A stretch of DNA of 64,000 nucleotides from an uncultured Chloroflexia bacterium (GCA_963757465.1 CAVWRY010000002.1:72905-136904); one strand, 5' to 3'; shown: positions 44,763-55,956, counted from the first letter of the stretch. Translations and numbers: made by a program. The notes: generated by a model not told the origin, from the letters alone.

Positions 44763-45788
44763 ATGAAAAAAATCACAACACTTCCCTGGTTTGGCATTAC
44801 AAGCTGGTTGATCACCGTCCTGATTGTGGCGGGTCTACTGACTTTTGCTTTCTGGCGTCTCAGCATTCCGATGATCGCATCGCCTACTGTCACACAGGCT
44901 GGGCCCGCGCAAAATACGCAGGTCATCCCGACTAGCTCGGCGATTAACATTTCATGGTTGCAGCTTCCATCCATTGAACGCAGGTTGAAGCTCAAGACAA
45001 TCATCCCAAAACGCCCACAGTACAACGTTATCACCCGCACAGTTGAACGTGGCGATGCCATCAGCCGCATGGCCAAAGAATTTAATATCAAGCCTGACAC
45101 CTTGCTGTTTGCCAATTATGACATTCTCAAAGACAATCCCGATGGTTTGCGCCCCGGTCAGGAGTTGAACGTCCCACCGGTGGATGGCATTCTCTATCAA
45201 TGGCAAGAAGGCGACCAGCTCGATAAAGTCGTCGCGGAATTCAAGGCCAACGTGGAAGATGTGCTTAGTTGGCCGGGTAACAGTGTTGACCTGACCGACC
45301 CGACAATTAAACCGGGCCAACTGATCATGATTCCCGGCGGAACACGCGAATCGAAAGCCCAGACCATCGAAACGGCTGGAGATGGTGGTGGTTCCACGGG
45401 TTGTCCAAGCAGCGGGGGCAGCCGGGGCTTCTTTTCCTGGCCGGCTGATAATCATTATCTTTCAGGCAACGATTATTCGGCTGGTCATCCTGGTATTGAC
45501 ATTGCTGCCAGTGAAGGCGCGCCGATTTATGCTGCCGATAGTGGTGTCGTCACCATGTCGCAGGATGGCTATAACTTTGGCTATGGCAGCGTTATCCAGA
45601 TCAATCATGGTAAGTTCACAACACTTTATGCCCATTTAAGCGCCCGCTTTGTTGAACGATGCCAGGTCGTTGGTGGTGGGTCACAAATTGGTACAGCGGG
45701 CAATACCGGCAATTCGTTTGGCGCGCATTTGCACTTTGAAATTCGTTCAGGCGGCACTCACGTTAATCCCTGGGATTATCTCCCCTAA
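44763..45788 (+). CDS. LysM-domain M23 metallopeptidase
   Basis: TM anchor. Two LysM-like repeats ('TVERGDAISRMAKEFNI...LRPGQEL'). M23 'HPGIDIA...GYGSVIQINHG...YAHLS...GAHLHFEIR'. Confidence 0.88.
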   Translation: MKKITTLPWFGITSWLITVLIVAGLLTFAFWRLSIPMIASPTVTQAGPAQNTQVIPTSSAINISWLQLPSIERRLKLKTIIPKRPQYNVITRTVERGDAISRMAKEFNIKPDTLLFANYDILKDNPDGLRPGQELNVPPVDGILYQWQEGDQLDKVVAEFKANVEDVLSWPGNSVDLTDPTIKPGQLIMIPGGTRESKAQTIETAGDGGGSTGCPSSGGSRGFFSWPADNHYLSGNDYSAGHPGIDIAASEGAPIYAADSGVVTMSQDGYNFGYGSVIQINHGKFTTLYAHLSARFVERCQVVGGGSQIGTAGNTGNSFGAHLHFEIRSGGTHVNPWDYLP

Positions 45789-45791
45789 ATC

Positions 45792-46568
45792 ATGGACGAA
45801 ACCAACTTTCGCAAACGACTGGCTGACCTGCCGATTAAGCATATCCGCTACTTTGAAAGTATCGGCTCGAGTAACGATGATGCACTGGCGTGGGCGACGA
45901 GTGGCGCTCCTGATCTGTCACTGGTCTATGCCGAAGAGCAAACCAGCGGACGCGGGCGCATGGGCCGCACATGGTTTACGCCCCCCGGAACGGCACTCGC
46001 TCTCAGCCTGATCTTGCGCCCGACGGGGATGGAACGAAAAAATATCGGCTTATTCTCCGGGTTGGGCGCGCTGGCGCTCGTCAGCGCCCTCCAAAAACAC
46101 GGTATTACCGCCCAGATTAAATGGCCCAATGATGTATTGATCAACAACCGTAAAACAGCCGGGATTTTGGCCGAAGCCATCTGGATGGGGGATGAAGCGG
46201 AAAGTGTCGTGCTGGGCATGGGCGTTAACGTTGCCCCACAGTCGGTGCCGCCTTCTGAAATGCTCGGATTCCCCGCAACCTGTGTCCTGTCCGAGGCGGC
46301 GGTGCCTGTTGATCGCCTTGATCTGCTCCACACGCTGCTGCTTGAACTGATTGCATGGCGCACCAAACTGACGTCTGCTGAATTTTTGCGTACCTGGGAT
46401 GAAGCACTCGCCTTTCGGGGCGAGATGGTGCAGGTCTGGGCGGGCGAAGCCGAACCCATCACCGGGCAGGTGGACGGTATCGAAACGGATGGCAGCCTGC
46501 GGTTGAGTCTGAGCAATGGTGTCATCAAGGTAGTACATTTCGGGGAAGTCCATCTGCGCCCATTGTGA
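45792..46568 (+). CDS. birA: biotin--[acetyl-CoA-carboxylase] ligase (no HTH domain)
   Basis: 'EEQTSGRGRMGRTWFTPPG', 'IKWPNDVLINNRKTAGILAE'. Confidence 0.9.
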   Translation: MDETNFRKRLADLPIKHIRYFESIGSSNDDALAWATSGAPDLSLVYAEEQTSGRGRMGRTWFTPPGTALALSLILRPTGMERKNIGLFSGLGALALVSALQKHGITAQIKWPNDVLINNRKTAGILAEAIWMGDEAESVVLGMGVNVAPQSVPPSEMLGFPATCVLSEAAVPVDRLDLLHTLLLELIAWRTKLTSAEFLRTWDEALAFRGEMVQVWAGEAEPITGQVDGIETDGSLRLSLSNGVIKVVHFGEVHLRPL

Positions 46569-46616
46569 TATACTTTAAGAAAGATTTCTTTAACAATCTC
46601 CCACAAGAGGTGTCTT

Positions 46617-46895
46617 ATGTTTGAAGATCTTCGTAAAGAGGGTGAAGACTCTCCATTTTTTCAACAAAAAGATGAATTTGATCCCTTGCTGGATGCGCCT
46701 TCCAAAAAAAAGCGCCCCAGCAAGAGTGGGGGCAGCGGCAAAAAAGGCGGCTTTAAGTTAAAGTTTAACCGCAAGTTTTTGGGGATGACTGCCACGCAAC
46801 GTTTTGCTGTCGCTTTTGCACTCTTTATTATGGTTTCTGCTGCGAGTGTAGCGCTTCTGGTTGTGACAGGCAGTATTGTTCTGATTTCGGGCTAG
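46617..46895 (+). CDS. small Lys-rich membrane-anchored hypothetical protein
   Basis: GAGG RBS. 'KKKRPSKSGGSGKKGGFK' followed by one TM helix. Confidence 0.55.
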   Translation: MFEDLRKEGEDSPFFQQKDEFDPLLDAPSKKKRPSKSGGSGKKGGFKLKFNRKFLGMTATQRFAVAFALFIMVSAASVALLVVTGSIVLISG

Positions 46896-46911
46896 ACCAA
46901 AAGTTGTATAT

Positions 46912-46940
46912 AAAAAAACGCGCCAAACGGCGCGTTTTTT
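46912..46940. terminator. bidirectional rho-independent terminator
   Basis: aaaaaaacgcgcc-aaac-ggcgcgtttttt. Confidence 0.88.
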
Positions 46941-46957
46941 GGTTTCTGTTAGCCATA

Positions 46958-49486
46958 CTACAAAAGGACAGGTTGCTCTTTGGTCGCTTCGGTTTCACCG
47001 GCACTTTCTGCACCAGCCGCCTGTAAATCTGCGGCGGCAATACGGGCGACGGCGGCGACACTATCACCTGTCTGCAGCCTGATCGTATGCACGCCGCGTG
47101 TGGAGCGTCCCGCTTCTTTAATATCTTTGACCTTCAGACGCAGCATGATCCCGTTGGTAGACATGATGGTGACATCGTCGGAAGCCTGGACGACGTGCGC
47201 GGCAGCAATCTTCCCGGTGGTATCGAGTGCTTTTTGGTCAATGGTGGCGACGCCGCCGGTGGCCCGCCCCTTGGCAGGATACTGCTTCAGCGGCGTTTGC
47301 TTGCCAAAGCCGCGCTCGGTAATAATCAGCAGTGAACCACCTTCTTCGACAACTTCCATACTGGTCACGCAGTCGCCAGCGCGCAGGCGAATGCCCTGCA
47401 CGCCACCCGCGCTGCGCCCCATCGAGCGCACTTCGCTGATGGCAAAGCGCAAGGCCTGACCTTGTTCGGTTACGATTAAGATTTCATCTTTGGCATTGAC
47501 AAGATGAGCCCAACCTAGCTCATCGCCGCTTTCAAGCGACATGGCAATCAGGCCCGATGGGCGCACAGCCGCAAATTCGTCCAGATCAACACGCTTGACT
47601 TTGCCCTGCGTGGTGACCAGCGCAAAGTAGTAATTGGGCGTATTGAAATCGCCCACGGCCAGCGTTGCCGTGATGTGTTCGTTCGGGTCAAGCGCCAGGA
47701 CGTTGAAGATCGAAATCCCTTTCCCGGTGCGGTCTGCGTCTGGAATCTGGTACACCTTTTCAGAGTAGACCTTGCCCTTATCTGAGAAGAAAAGCACCGT
47801 TTGCAGCGTCCGTGCCGGGAACATGAAGAGTACTTCATCTTCTTCCTTGGTGGCATGTCCAGTCACGCCGCGCCCGCCAACACCCTGCGATTTGTACACC
47901 GCGGATGTGACACGCTTGATATAGCCGCGTTGGGTCAGCGTAATCAGCACGGCTTCATCCTGCACCAGGTCTTCCTCACGCAGTTCTTCCTTGGCATCTC
48001 CAGCGACTTTTGTGCGGCGTTCGTCGCCATATTTCTCGGCCAATTCTCTCATGTCGCTCTGAATGAGCGCTAAAATTTTCTTCGGATGCGCCAGCAGATC
48101 TTCATATGAAGCGATCAAATCTCTGACGTGTTTGGCTTCTTCTTCAATTTTCCAGCGTTCCAGCGCGGCCAGACGGCGCAGTTGCATATCGAGAATGGCC
48201 TGAGCCTGGATTTCGCTCAACTTGAAGCGTTCGACCAGTCGCCCCTTGGCGGCGTCGGCATCTTCAAATTCGCGGATGGTCTGGATCACGGCGTCGAGAT
48301 TGTTGAGCGCGATCAAATAGCCGTCCAAAATGTGGGCGCGGGCACGGGCTTTGTCAAGCTCAAACTGGGTGCGGCGCGTGATGACGGTTTGGCGGTGCTC
48401 GATGAAGATCTGCAGGCAGCGCTTCAGGGTCAGGGTGCGCGGTTCGCTGCGACCCGTTTCAGGGTCGGTGACGAGGGCCAGCAACTGCACCCCAAAGGTG
48501 GATTGCAGTGCAGTGTACTTGTAAAGCTGGTTGAGCACCTTCTTGGGCTGCGCATTCCGTTTGAGTTCGATATAAATGCTCATGCCGCGCTGGTCAAATT
48601 CATCGCGCAGGTCTGAGATCATATCCAGCTTATCTTCGCGCACCAGTTCTGCGATGCGCGAAATCAGGGTTGATTTGTTGACCTGGTAGGGAATCTCGGT
48701 GATGATGATGACATGGCGTCCGTTTTTGGTTTCTTCGATGTGTGCCTGGCCGCGCACGACCAGACGGCCGCGCCCGGTGCTGTAAGCATGGGTGATGCCC
48801 TCAGTCCCTACGATTATGCCGCCGGTGGGAAAATCGGGACCGGTGACGAATTCCATCAGTTTTTCAACTTGTACATCTTCAATGGTCTCGTAGTTTTCGA
48901 TCAGATAATCAATCGCTCCGGCCAGTTCACGCAGATTGTGTGGCGGAATATTGGTTGCCATGCCGACTGCAATGCCTGATGAACCATTAAGCAGCAGGTT
49001 GGGCAGGCGACTGGGGAGTACCAGCGGTTCCTGGAGCGAATCGTCAAAGTTGGGGCCAAAGTTGACGGTGTTTTTATCGATGTCAGCGAGCATCTCCTCG
49101 GATAATCGGTTTAGCCGCGCTTCGGTGTAACGCATCGCTGCAGGGGCATCGCCATCCACCGAACCGAAGTTCCCCTGACCATCCACCAGCATATAGCGCA
49201 GCGAAAAATCCTGGGCCATGCGCGCCATTGATTCGTAAACTGCCGAATCACCATGGGGATGGTACTTGCCGAGCACTTCGCCAACGATACGGGCAGATTT
49301 TTTGTGCGACGTATTGGCGCGTATGCCCATATCGTGCATGGCAAACAAAATACGCCGGTGGACGGGTTTTAATCCATCCCGGGCGTCTGGCAGGGCGCGA
49401 GCCACGATAACACTCATCGCGTAATCGAGATAGGCGTCACGCATCTGTGCGTCAATATCAACTTGTTGAATAGTACCGATTTCCAT
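46958..49486 (-). CDS. gyrA: DNA gyrase subunit A
   Basis: '[13 protein letters not shown]', 'HPHGDSAVY', '[10 protein letters not shown]', C-terminal beta-pinwheel repeats. Start set at 'MEIGTIQQV' (GAGGAAAAC RBS); track ORF extends to 49510. Confidence 0.95.
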   Translation of the reverse strand: MEIGTIQQVDIDAQMRDAYLDYAMSVIVARALPDARDGLKPVHRRILFAMHDMGIRANTSHKKSARIVGEVLGKYHPHGDSAVYESMARMAQDFSLRYMLVDGQGNFGSVDGDAPAAMRYTEARLNRLSEEMLADIDKNTVNFGPNFDDSLQEPLVLPSRLPNLLLNGSSGIAVGMATNIPPHNLRELAGAIDYLIENYETIEDVQVEKLMEFVTGPDFPTGGIIVGTEGITHAYSTGRGRLVVRGQAHIEETKNGRHVIIITEIPYQVNKSTLISRIAELVREDKLDMISDLRDEFDQRGMSIYIELKRNAQPKKVLNQLYKYTALQSTFGVQLLALVTDPETGRSEPRTLTLKRCLQIFIEHRQTVITRRTQFELDKARARAHILDGYLIALNNLDAVIQTIREFEDADAAKGRLVERFKLSEIQAQAILDMQLRRLAALERWKIEEEAKHVRDLIASYEDLLAHPKKILALIQSDMRELAEKYGDERRTKVAGDAKEELREEDLVQDEAVLITLTQRGYIKRVTSAVYKSQGVGGRGVTGHATKEEDEVLFMFPARTLQTVLFFSDKGKVYSEKVYQIPDADRTGKGISIFNVLALDPNEHITATLAVGDFNTPNYYFALVTTQGKVKRVDLDEFAAVRPSGLIAMSLESGDELGWAHLVNAKDEILIVTEQGQALRFAISEVRSMGRSAGGVQGIRLRAGDCVTSMEVVEEGGSLLIITERGFGKQTPLKQYPAKGRATGGVATIDQKALDTTGKIAAAHVVQASDDVTIMSTNGIMLRLKVKDIKEAGRSTRGVHTIRLQTGDSVAAVARIAAADLQAAGAESAGETEATKEQPVLL

Positions 49487-49530
49487 GTTTTCCTCACGCA
49501 TGCTGTGCATCTGGTATGATGCTGTGCATC

Positions 49531-49582
49531 AAAATACGCAGTACGAAAATACGGGTCACGTATTGCGTGCTGCGTATCACGG
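49531..49582 (-). promoter_or_regulatory. long imperfect palindrome (AATACG-type units) in the gyrA leader
   Basis: aaaatacgcagtacg-aaaatacgggtcacgtatt-gcgtgctgcgtat. On the gyrA sense strand the hairpin is followed by TATTTTG. It is preceded by the direct repeat ATGCTGTGCATC x2 (about 49500-49530). Confidence 0.45.
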
Positions 49583-49711
49583 CTTTCTGAACCAATGTCA
49601 GGGCCTTAATTATACCAAACGACTTGTCAAAAAGCACTCAGGAGTTTATAGTTGAACATCAGAGTATGTACTACTTTCTCTGGTCTGGTAAGATGACGTA
49701 AGGAGAAAAAA

Positions 49712-50422
49712 ATGAGATCTCTAAAAATTTACCTTTCTGGAATGATGATTCTGTTCATTTTGGCTGGGTGTGCACAGGCTACACCGGAGCAGCCGACGAG
49801 TGGGATTCAGAATATAGATGTTCCTATAATTACATCAACATTGATGTCTGGTGTAAATACCCCCACACTTACGGTTACGCCTATCCCGCCTCCCACGCGT
49901 CGCCCGACGCCAACAATCGATTTGACCAATATTACACCTACCATAACAGCCATTCCATCTTTTACACGGGTGCCAGCCAGCAAGTATACAAAGACGGTCA
50001 CGGCGACAGTTACGGGTACCAATACCTTATATGTACGCCCAAAATATTGGTGGATCACTGGCACGCCAACACCAATCCCGTATGACTGTAAAGCAACTAC
50101 CCTGAAGCCCGAATGGGGGGCAGTCTTCAAGCCTCGCCAAAATTTTATCGCCCAATGGCGTATTATTAATTCTGGCGCAGATCCATGGCATGTTGACGAC
50201 ATTATATTTGGGTTCGTAAGCGGGACGAAAATGCAAAGTCCAGGTCGTCCAGACGAATCATATTTAACCGATGGCCTTTCGAAAACCAGTCAAATCGCTC
50301 TTCAGGTGCAGATGATCCCTCCTCAAGCCCCCGGGTTTTACACAGCGTATTGGGGTTTGCGAAAGTCGAATAAAAAAGAATTCTTTTGCACATTTTCGGT
50401 CACCATTCAAGTGCAAAAATAA
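49712..50422 (+). CDS. lipoprotein with Thr/Pro linker and NBR1-like Ig domain
   Basis: AGGAGA RBS. Lipobox 'ILAGC'. 'FIAQWRIINSGADPW...IPPQAPGFYTAYWGLRKSNKKEFFCTFSVTIQV'. Confidence 0.72.
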   Translation: MRSLKIYLSGMMILFILAGCAQATPEQPTSGIQNIDVPIITSTLMSGVNTPTLTVTPIPPPTRRPTPTIDLTNITPTITAIPSFTRVPASKYTKTVTATVTGTNTLYVRPKYWWITGTPTPIPYDCKATTLKPEWGAVFKPRQNFIAQWRIINSGADPWHVDDIIFGFVSGTKMQSPGRPDESYLTDGLSKTSQIALQVQMIPPQAPGFYTAYWGLRKSNKKEFFCTFSVTIQVQK

Positions 50423-50464
50423 ACCGCTGATTTTCGCACTTTGTGCTCTCCATGGAGCTAATTT

Positions 50465-51097
50465 ATGAATATGATCGAAACGACCCGTGAGCAAATCAAA
50501 CAAAGTGGCATCATTGCCATCTTGCGCGGTGATTACAGCACAGATGATCTGCTCCGTATTGGTGATGCGTTGCTGGCTGGGACGGTTATCGCAATGGAAG
50601 TGACCCTGAACAGCCCATCTGCGCTGATAGCTTTGCCCGAACTGCGCAAACACTTTGGCGACACCATGCTGATTGGCGCTGGCACCGTCCGCGATGCTTC
50701 GCAGGTACGCCATGCTGTGGATGCGGGGGCGCAGTTCATGGTCTCGCCCAATTTCGACGCAGAAACCGTTGCAGTGGCACACTCTCAGGGTGTGCTGCAC
50801 CTGCCAGGTATTTTGACTCCCACCGAAGCCCAGAGCGCCTTTACAGCCGGGGCCCAAATGCTCAAGCTTTTCCCGATGGATTTCTTTGGGCCGACTTATC
50901 TCAAAATTTTGCGCGGTCCGCTCGATGATATTGATTTTGTCCCGACCGGCGGCATTTCGCTCGAAAACATTGGCGATTATGTCCGCGCTGGGGCCGCCGC
51001 GGTTGGTTTGGGCAGCAAGTTGGTGGGCAATGTTGCTGAAATTACTCCCAACGCCCTCGCTTTGCGTCAGGCCTGGCAGAAAGCCAAAGATGCCTGA
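50465..51097 (+). CDS. eda: KDPG/KHG aldolase
   Basis: 'IIAILRG', 'MEVTLNSP', 'IGAGTV', 'FMVSPN', 'PGILTPTE', 'LKLFP', 'FVPTGGI'. Confidence 0.88.
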   Translation: MNMIETTREQIKQSGIIAILRGDYSTDDLLRIGDALLAGTVIAMEVTLNSPSALIALPELRKHFGDTMLIGAGTVRDASQVRHAVDAGAQFMVSPNFDAETVAVAHSQGVLHLPGILTPTEAQSAFTAGAQMLKLFPMDFFGPTYLKILRGPLDDIDFVPTGGISLENIGDYVRAGAAAVGLGSKLVGNVAEITPNALALRQAWQKAKDA

Positions 51098-51108
51098 AGG
51101 GATTTCTT

Positions 51109-52242
51109 ATGCTTACGATTGAAAAAGTCAGCACATCCAATTCAGCACAGGTCAAACGGTTTGTGCAGTTCCCGCACCAACTGTATAAAAATTGTCCGCA
51201 GTGGGTGCCGCCAATGAATGTAGATGCGTATGCCCAACTCAACCCGAAAAAGCATCCCTTTTATGAGCACTCGGATATAGATTTTTTCCTGGCTGTGCGC
51301 GATGGTCGTGATGTTGGGCGGATTGCTGCGCTTGAGAATAAACCGTTTAATCAGTATCACCACGTCAAGGAAGCGGATTTCTACTTTTTTGACTGTGAAA
51401 ACGACCCGGCAGCGGCCTCCGCGCTCTTCGAGACGGTCTTTGCCTGGGCCAAAGCCCGCAGCCTTGACGCTGTCATTGGCCCGAAGGGCATGGGGCCCTT
51501 GGATGGGTATGGCGTGCTCATCTTCGGGCAAGAGCAGCGTCAGACCATGACCATGCTCAATTACAACTACTCCTATTATCAAACTCTCGTCGAAACGCAG
51601 GGCTTTGTCAAAGAAGTCGATTTTGTCTCATGCTACCTGCCAGCCGATTCCTTCAAAATCCCCGAGCGGGTGGAACGCATCACCCGCCGCGCCATGCAAC
51701 GCGGACATCTGCAAACGCACCAGTTCAAAGACAAGAAAGAATTGTTGCAATGGGCTCCGCGCATTGGCGAAGCCTACAACAAGGCTTTTGTCAACAACTG
51801 GGAATATTATCCGCTGACGCAGCGTGAAATTGATTTTGTCGTCGAAAACATCATGGTTGTTGCCGACCACAGGTTGATTAAGGTCATCACACATGGCGAA
51901 GACGTGGTTGGTTTTCTCTTTGCCTTTCCCGATGTTTCGGCGGCGTTGCAGCGCGCCAAAGGTCAACTCCTTCCTTTCGGGTTGGTGGATTTGCTGTTCG
52001 AGATGAAACGCACCGATACAGTGGCGGTCAATGGCATGGGCATTCTGCCCGAGTTTCAGGGGCACGGTGGCAATGCCATTTTATATTCCGAAATGGGTCA
52101 CTCCCTGCTGGCATTTCGTCAGTTTGTGAATGTCGAAATGACTCAGGTGGCTGAAACTACTACTCAGATGCGCGCCGATTTGCAAAATCTCAATGGGGTG
52201 GAGTATAAAAATCATCGCGTTTATCGCAAGGTGCTTGGGTAA
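51109..52242 (+). CDS. GNAT-like N-acyltransferase family protein (~380-aa type)
   Basis: 'FVQFPHQLYKNCPQWVPPM...HPFYEH...VGRIAALEN'. C-terminal 'NGMGILPEFQGHGGNAILY' acetyl-CoA-site-like motif. Confidence 0.55.
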   Translation: MLTIEKVSTSNSAQVKRFVQFPHQLYKNCPQWVPPMNVDAYAQLNPKKHPFYEHSDIDFFLAVRDGRDVGRIAALENKPFNQYHHVKEADFYFFDCENDPAAASALFETVFAWAKARSLDAVIGPKGMGPLDGYGVLIFGQEQRQTMTMLNYNYSYYQTLVETQGFVKEVDFVSCYLPADSFKIPERVERITRRAMQRGHLQTHQFKDKKELLQWAPRIGEAYNKAFVNNWEYYPLTQREIDFVVENIMVVADHRLIKVITHGEDVVGFLFAFPDVSAALQRAKGQLLPFGLVDLLFEMKRTDTVAVNGMGILPEFQGHGGNAILYSEMGHSLLAFRQFVNVEMTQVAETTTQMRADLQNLNGVEYKNHRVYRKVLG

Positions 52243-52263
52243 AAATTGGGTACAATCAACGCC

Positions 52264-53431
52264 ATGCGAAAAATCCTTCTTCTGCCGCTTTTGCTTTTGT
52301 TGACAGGCTGCTCCTTTGCCGTATCCGTTCAGGATACACCTACCCCTACGGCTGTGCCATTTTTTACGGCCACTCTGCTGGCCTCCGTAACCCCTTATCC
52401 GAGCGCCACATATGCGCCGCCAACGATTACGCCCACCATTGAGCCGCTTGAAGCGCTCACCAACGCCCAGGTCAATGTGCGCAGCGGACCGGCACAGACG
52501 AATGCTTCACTTGGCCTGATCGATTTTGGTACGAAAGTCCAGCTTATTGGCAAAAACACGGACGGAACGTGGTATCGCATCGTCTACACAGATGCTGCTG
52601 AGGGGATGGGCTGGGTGACAGCCAGCTTCATCACCTTTGGCGGGGATGTCGATAAAATCCCGGTGGTGGATGCCGCGCCCACAGACGCAACCCCACCCGA
52701 TGGCACGCCCGCAACTGCGGCCCCATCGCCTACTGCACAGGGAAAAACATCCAGCGTAACGGCTACAATCAACGTCCGCGCTGGCCCTGCTACATCCTTT
52801 GATTCGCTTGGCATGATTGAAGCGGATACAACCGTTACCCTTACCGGGCGCAACGAAATCAATAACTGGGTACAGATCGAATTTGCTGATGCGCCGGATG
52901 GCAAAGGCTGGGTGGCGGCGCTCTATCTCAAAGACCCCGACCTGCGCGGATTGCCTGTTTATGGGAACGATGGCAAGCTGATTTCCGGCTCCACCCCGCA
53001 ACCGAATCCCGGAGAACCGACTCCTACGCCCACCGGGTATGCCCCTGCTGCCGCGGACAATGACTCAGCCAGCAACCCCGGTGTTCGTCAGAACTCTCTC
53101 CACAGACGGGGTGGGTGTTTTGATCTATTCCAGTGATCTTTCAGCGCCCGATGGTGACAATACCGATTGGGTTGCCTTCACGCTCGATGGCCCAGCCAGC
53201 CAGTCATCCTATCTCTACTTTCGCCTCGATTGTACTGGTAATGATTCCATTCTTGTTACCCTTCAAAAAGATGGTCATCCTGTTGCTGATGCCAAATCCT
53301 TGCAATGTGGAAACTACGACCTGGCTATGAAAGTTCTTGACGGACAGGAATACATGCTCGTACTGCGCGCCGATACGGCGGGGACTCTGCGCTTTGTGAG
53401 CTACAAACTTACCATCAAAGCATCACGCTAA
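52264..53431 (+). pseudogene. lipoprotein with two SH3b domains and a PPC-like C-terminal domain, split by a frameshift (pieces 52264-53136 and 53039-53431)
   Basis: Lipobox 'LLTGC'. SH3b 'AQVNVRSGP...GTWYRIVY...GWVTASFI' x2. C-piece 'LSAPDGDNTDWVAFTL'. The frames rejoin at the C4 run near 53080. Confidence 0.7.
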
Positions 53432-53449
53432 TTTGTTTTTGGAGTAAAC

Positions 53450-54595
53450 ATGAATAAATTCTGGATACTTTCGCTTGCCGTTTTGTTAATCATTACGGGT
53501 TGTTCTCCCGCTGCCATTAATACCACGCCCACCGTTGATGTGGATGCCTTGGTAAAAAGCAGCGCTGCAACCCTTTTTGTCCATCATACCGAAACCGCTG
53601 CTGCGATGGTTCCTACCGCGAGCGTTACCGTTACGCCTACTCTGCCGCCAACCATAACCTCCACCAGCGCGCCCATACCAGCTCCCGTAGATGCGGTGGC
53701 GGCAAGCAATGTCACCGTCCGTGCCGAGCCGCGCAAAGGTGGGCAAAACGTTGGCGGGATCTTTTTTAATCAGGGCATGAAAGTAATTGCCCGTAACGAT
53801 GCAGCCAGTTGGTATTATATTGAGTGGTCAAAATCACCAACGGGTACAGCCTGGGTACTTGCCGCTGCAGTTAATCTGAAAGAAAATGATCCTACTCATT
53901 TGCCAATCGCCATCATTACAAACGCAAAAAATGTTGTTATTCTTCCCCCCATTATTTGGGAAATCACTGGCGCGCCTTTGCCATTAAACGGGCCTGCCGC
54001 TGGTGCAAAAACCGCAGTAATACAGCAAACCCTTAAAGTCCGGGTAGGGCCTGGTGTGGGCTACTCCACAATGGGCGATCTTAATGTTGGTATCACAGTG
54101 GTTGTCACAGGTCGTACTGCTACAAATGACTGGCTGCAAATCGAATACCCATCCGGGCCTGGGGGGCGTGGTTGGGTTTCGAGCGGCTTGGTAACATTTA
54201 CGGCTGGATTTGCTGGCTTACCCTTCTTTAATTCTCTCGCAACACCCATCGTTGATCCTCAACTGGCAGGCACTGCTACCGCTGACCCCAACGAAACGCC
54301 CGAGGCCACACCCACTCCGGAACCAACTCCCCCTGGCCCGCCTGGACAAGTGACAGCGTCTAAGCTGGTTGTGCATAGCGGTCCTGCAGCAAGCTTTGCC
54401 GTGGTTGGTACTTTAAATCTGGGCGATACTGTATTTGTAACAGGCGAGACGCTTAACCAGCTCTGGTATCGCATTGCATATCCTGATGCTCCCGATGGCT
54501 ACGGGTATGTATCGGTAAAATATATCAAAGCAAGTGGTGGTGACTGGCGTACATTAGTGTATATTAATGATCTTGGTACACCTGTAAAACCTTGA
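53450..54595 (+). CDS. lipoprotein with four SH3b domains
   Basis: Lipobox 'IITGC'. Repeated 'V.VR.GP....V.G......V..TG.....W..I.Y.....G.GWV' units. Confidence 0.8.
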   Translation: MNKFWILSLAVLLIITGCSPAAINTTPTVDVDALVKSSAATLFVHHTETAAAMVPTASVTVTPTLPPTITSTSAPIPAPVDAVAASNVTVRAEPRKGGQNVGGIFFNQGMKVIARNDAASWYYIEWSKSPTGTAWVLAAAVNLKENDPTHLPIAIITNAKNVVILPPIIWEITGAPLPLNGPAAGAKTAVIQQTLKVRVGPGVGYSTMGDLNVGITVVVTGRTATNDWLQIEYPSGPGGRGWVSSGLVTFTAGFAGLPFFNSLATPIVDPQLAGTATADPNETPEATPTPEPTPPGPPGQVTASKLVVHSGPAASFAVVGTLNLGDTVFVTGETLNQLWYRIAYPDAPDGYGYVSVKYIKASGGDWRTLVYINDLGTPVKP

Positions 54596-54708
54596 TGCTC
54601 TAAAATACTGGACATTTGTCTGACAACCTCGATAAATGTCCAGTATTGTCAAAGAACGAATTCGCCTTTATAATCTGCTTAATCTTTTTGTATTGGAGCA
54701 ATTTACTC

Positions 54709-55944
54709 ATGATGGATCAACAGAACGGCTTGACGGGCATTGGGGGCCAGGACGAGGATACCCAGAACGACAGTAATCAAGAAACGATGGAAAGTCTCAT
54801 GCAATCGGAAGATGCCGGACTTGAATTTCCCATTCAAGGTGAAATTCGTACCGGCGTGATTGCCAGCATTTCTCAGAGCCAGATTCTTGTCAGCATCGGC
54901 GCAAAATCAGAAGGTGTGATTTTGGGCCGAGACCTTGAACAAATCTCTGCGCTTGAGCGTGATGTTTTCAAAGTTGGGCAGGAAATTCCTGTCTATGTTG
55001 TCAACCCTGAAGACGACAACGGAAACGTCATCCTCTCTTACGTCCGCGCCCGTAAATCAATGGGCTGGGAAGTGGTTGAGAAGATGCAGGAGAATGCGAG
55101 ATTCCTTTGACGGCCAGATCGAAGGTTACAACAAGGGCGGTCTGATTGTTCTCGTTCACGGCTTGCGCGGCTTCATCCCCGCCTCGCAGATCAGTATGGC
55201 TCGCCGCAGTTCGGTTCAGGGCGATACCCCTGACCGCTGGGCCAAGATGATTGGCGAAACCATCAGCGTCCGCATTATCGAAGTGGATCGCGCTCGCCGC
55301 CGCCTGATTTTGTCTGAGCGTGCCGCTAACCCCGAGTCTCGCCAATCGATCAAGGAACGTGTGATTGACGAACTGGAAGAAGGCGCAACCTATACCGGTC
55401 GTGTCACTTCCATTGCCGACTTTGGCGCATTTGTTAACATCAACGGCGCCGATGGTCTGGTTCACCTTTCAGAGCTTTCATGGGAGCGCGTACAGCACCC
55501 CAACGAAGTTTTGACAGTTGGTCAGGAAGTCAAAGTCAAGGTCATCAGTGTTGATAAAGAAAAGAAGCGCATTGGCCTCTCGATCCGCGCATTGCAAGGC
55601 GATCCTTGGCATGACAAGGTTGAGAAGTTCAAGGTTGGTCAACTTGTGGAAGGCAGCATCACCCGCCTGACCAAGTTCGGCGCTTTTGCCCGCCTGGATG
55701 GTGATATTGAAGGTCTGATTCACATCTCGGAACTGAGCGAAAACCGCATTAATCACCCCAAGGAAGCTGTCAAAGAAGGCGACACGCTTACCCTGCGTGT
55801 GATCCGTATTGACGCCGACCAGCGCCGCATCGGTTTGAGCCTGCGCAAAGTGGATTTTCCTCCTTCGCCGATCAGGACATGAAAGCCCTGGCCGCCGGGT
55901 TGAGTGAAGAAGCTCCTGCAGAAGAAACCCCTGAAGCAGAATAA
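54709..55944 (+). pseudogene. rpsA: 30S ribosomal protein S1, interrupted by two frameshifts (frames 1>2>1; track pieces 54616-55110 and 54935-55882)
   Basis: Four S1 domains ('GVIASISQSQILVSIG', 'GQIEGYNKGGLIVLVHGLRGFIPASQ', 'GRVTSIADFGAFVNI', 'GSITRLTKFGAFARL'). The C-terminal 'SFADQDMKALAAGL...AE*' resumes the first frame after a T4 run near 55855. Confidence 0.85.
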
Positions 55945-55956
55945 GCATAGATTATC

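Noticed and set aside
44531-45115. 194-aa minus-strand ORF spanning the rho 3' end and the M23 peptidase 5' end.
   Set aside because: It overlaps two well-supported plus-strand genes and has no RBS. Its composition is odd and no family is recognisable.
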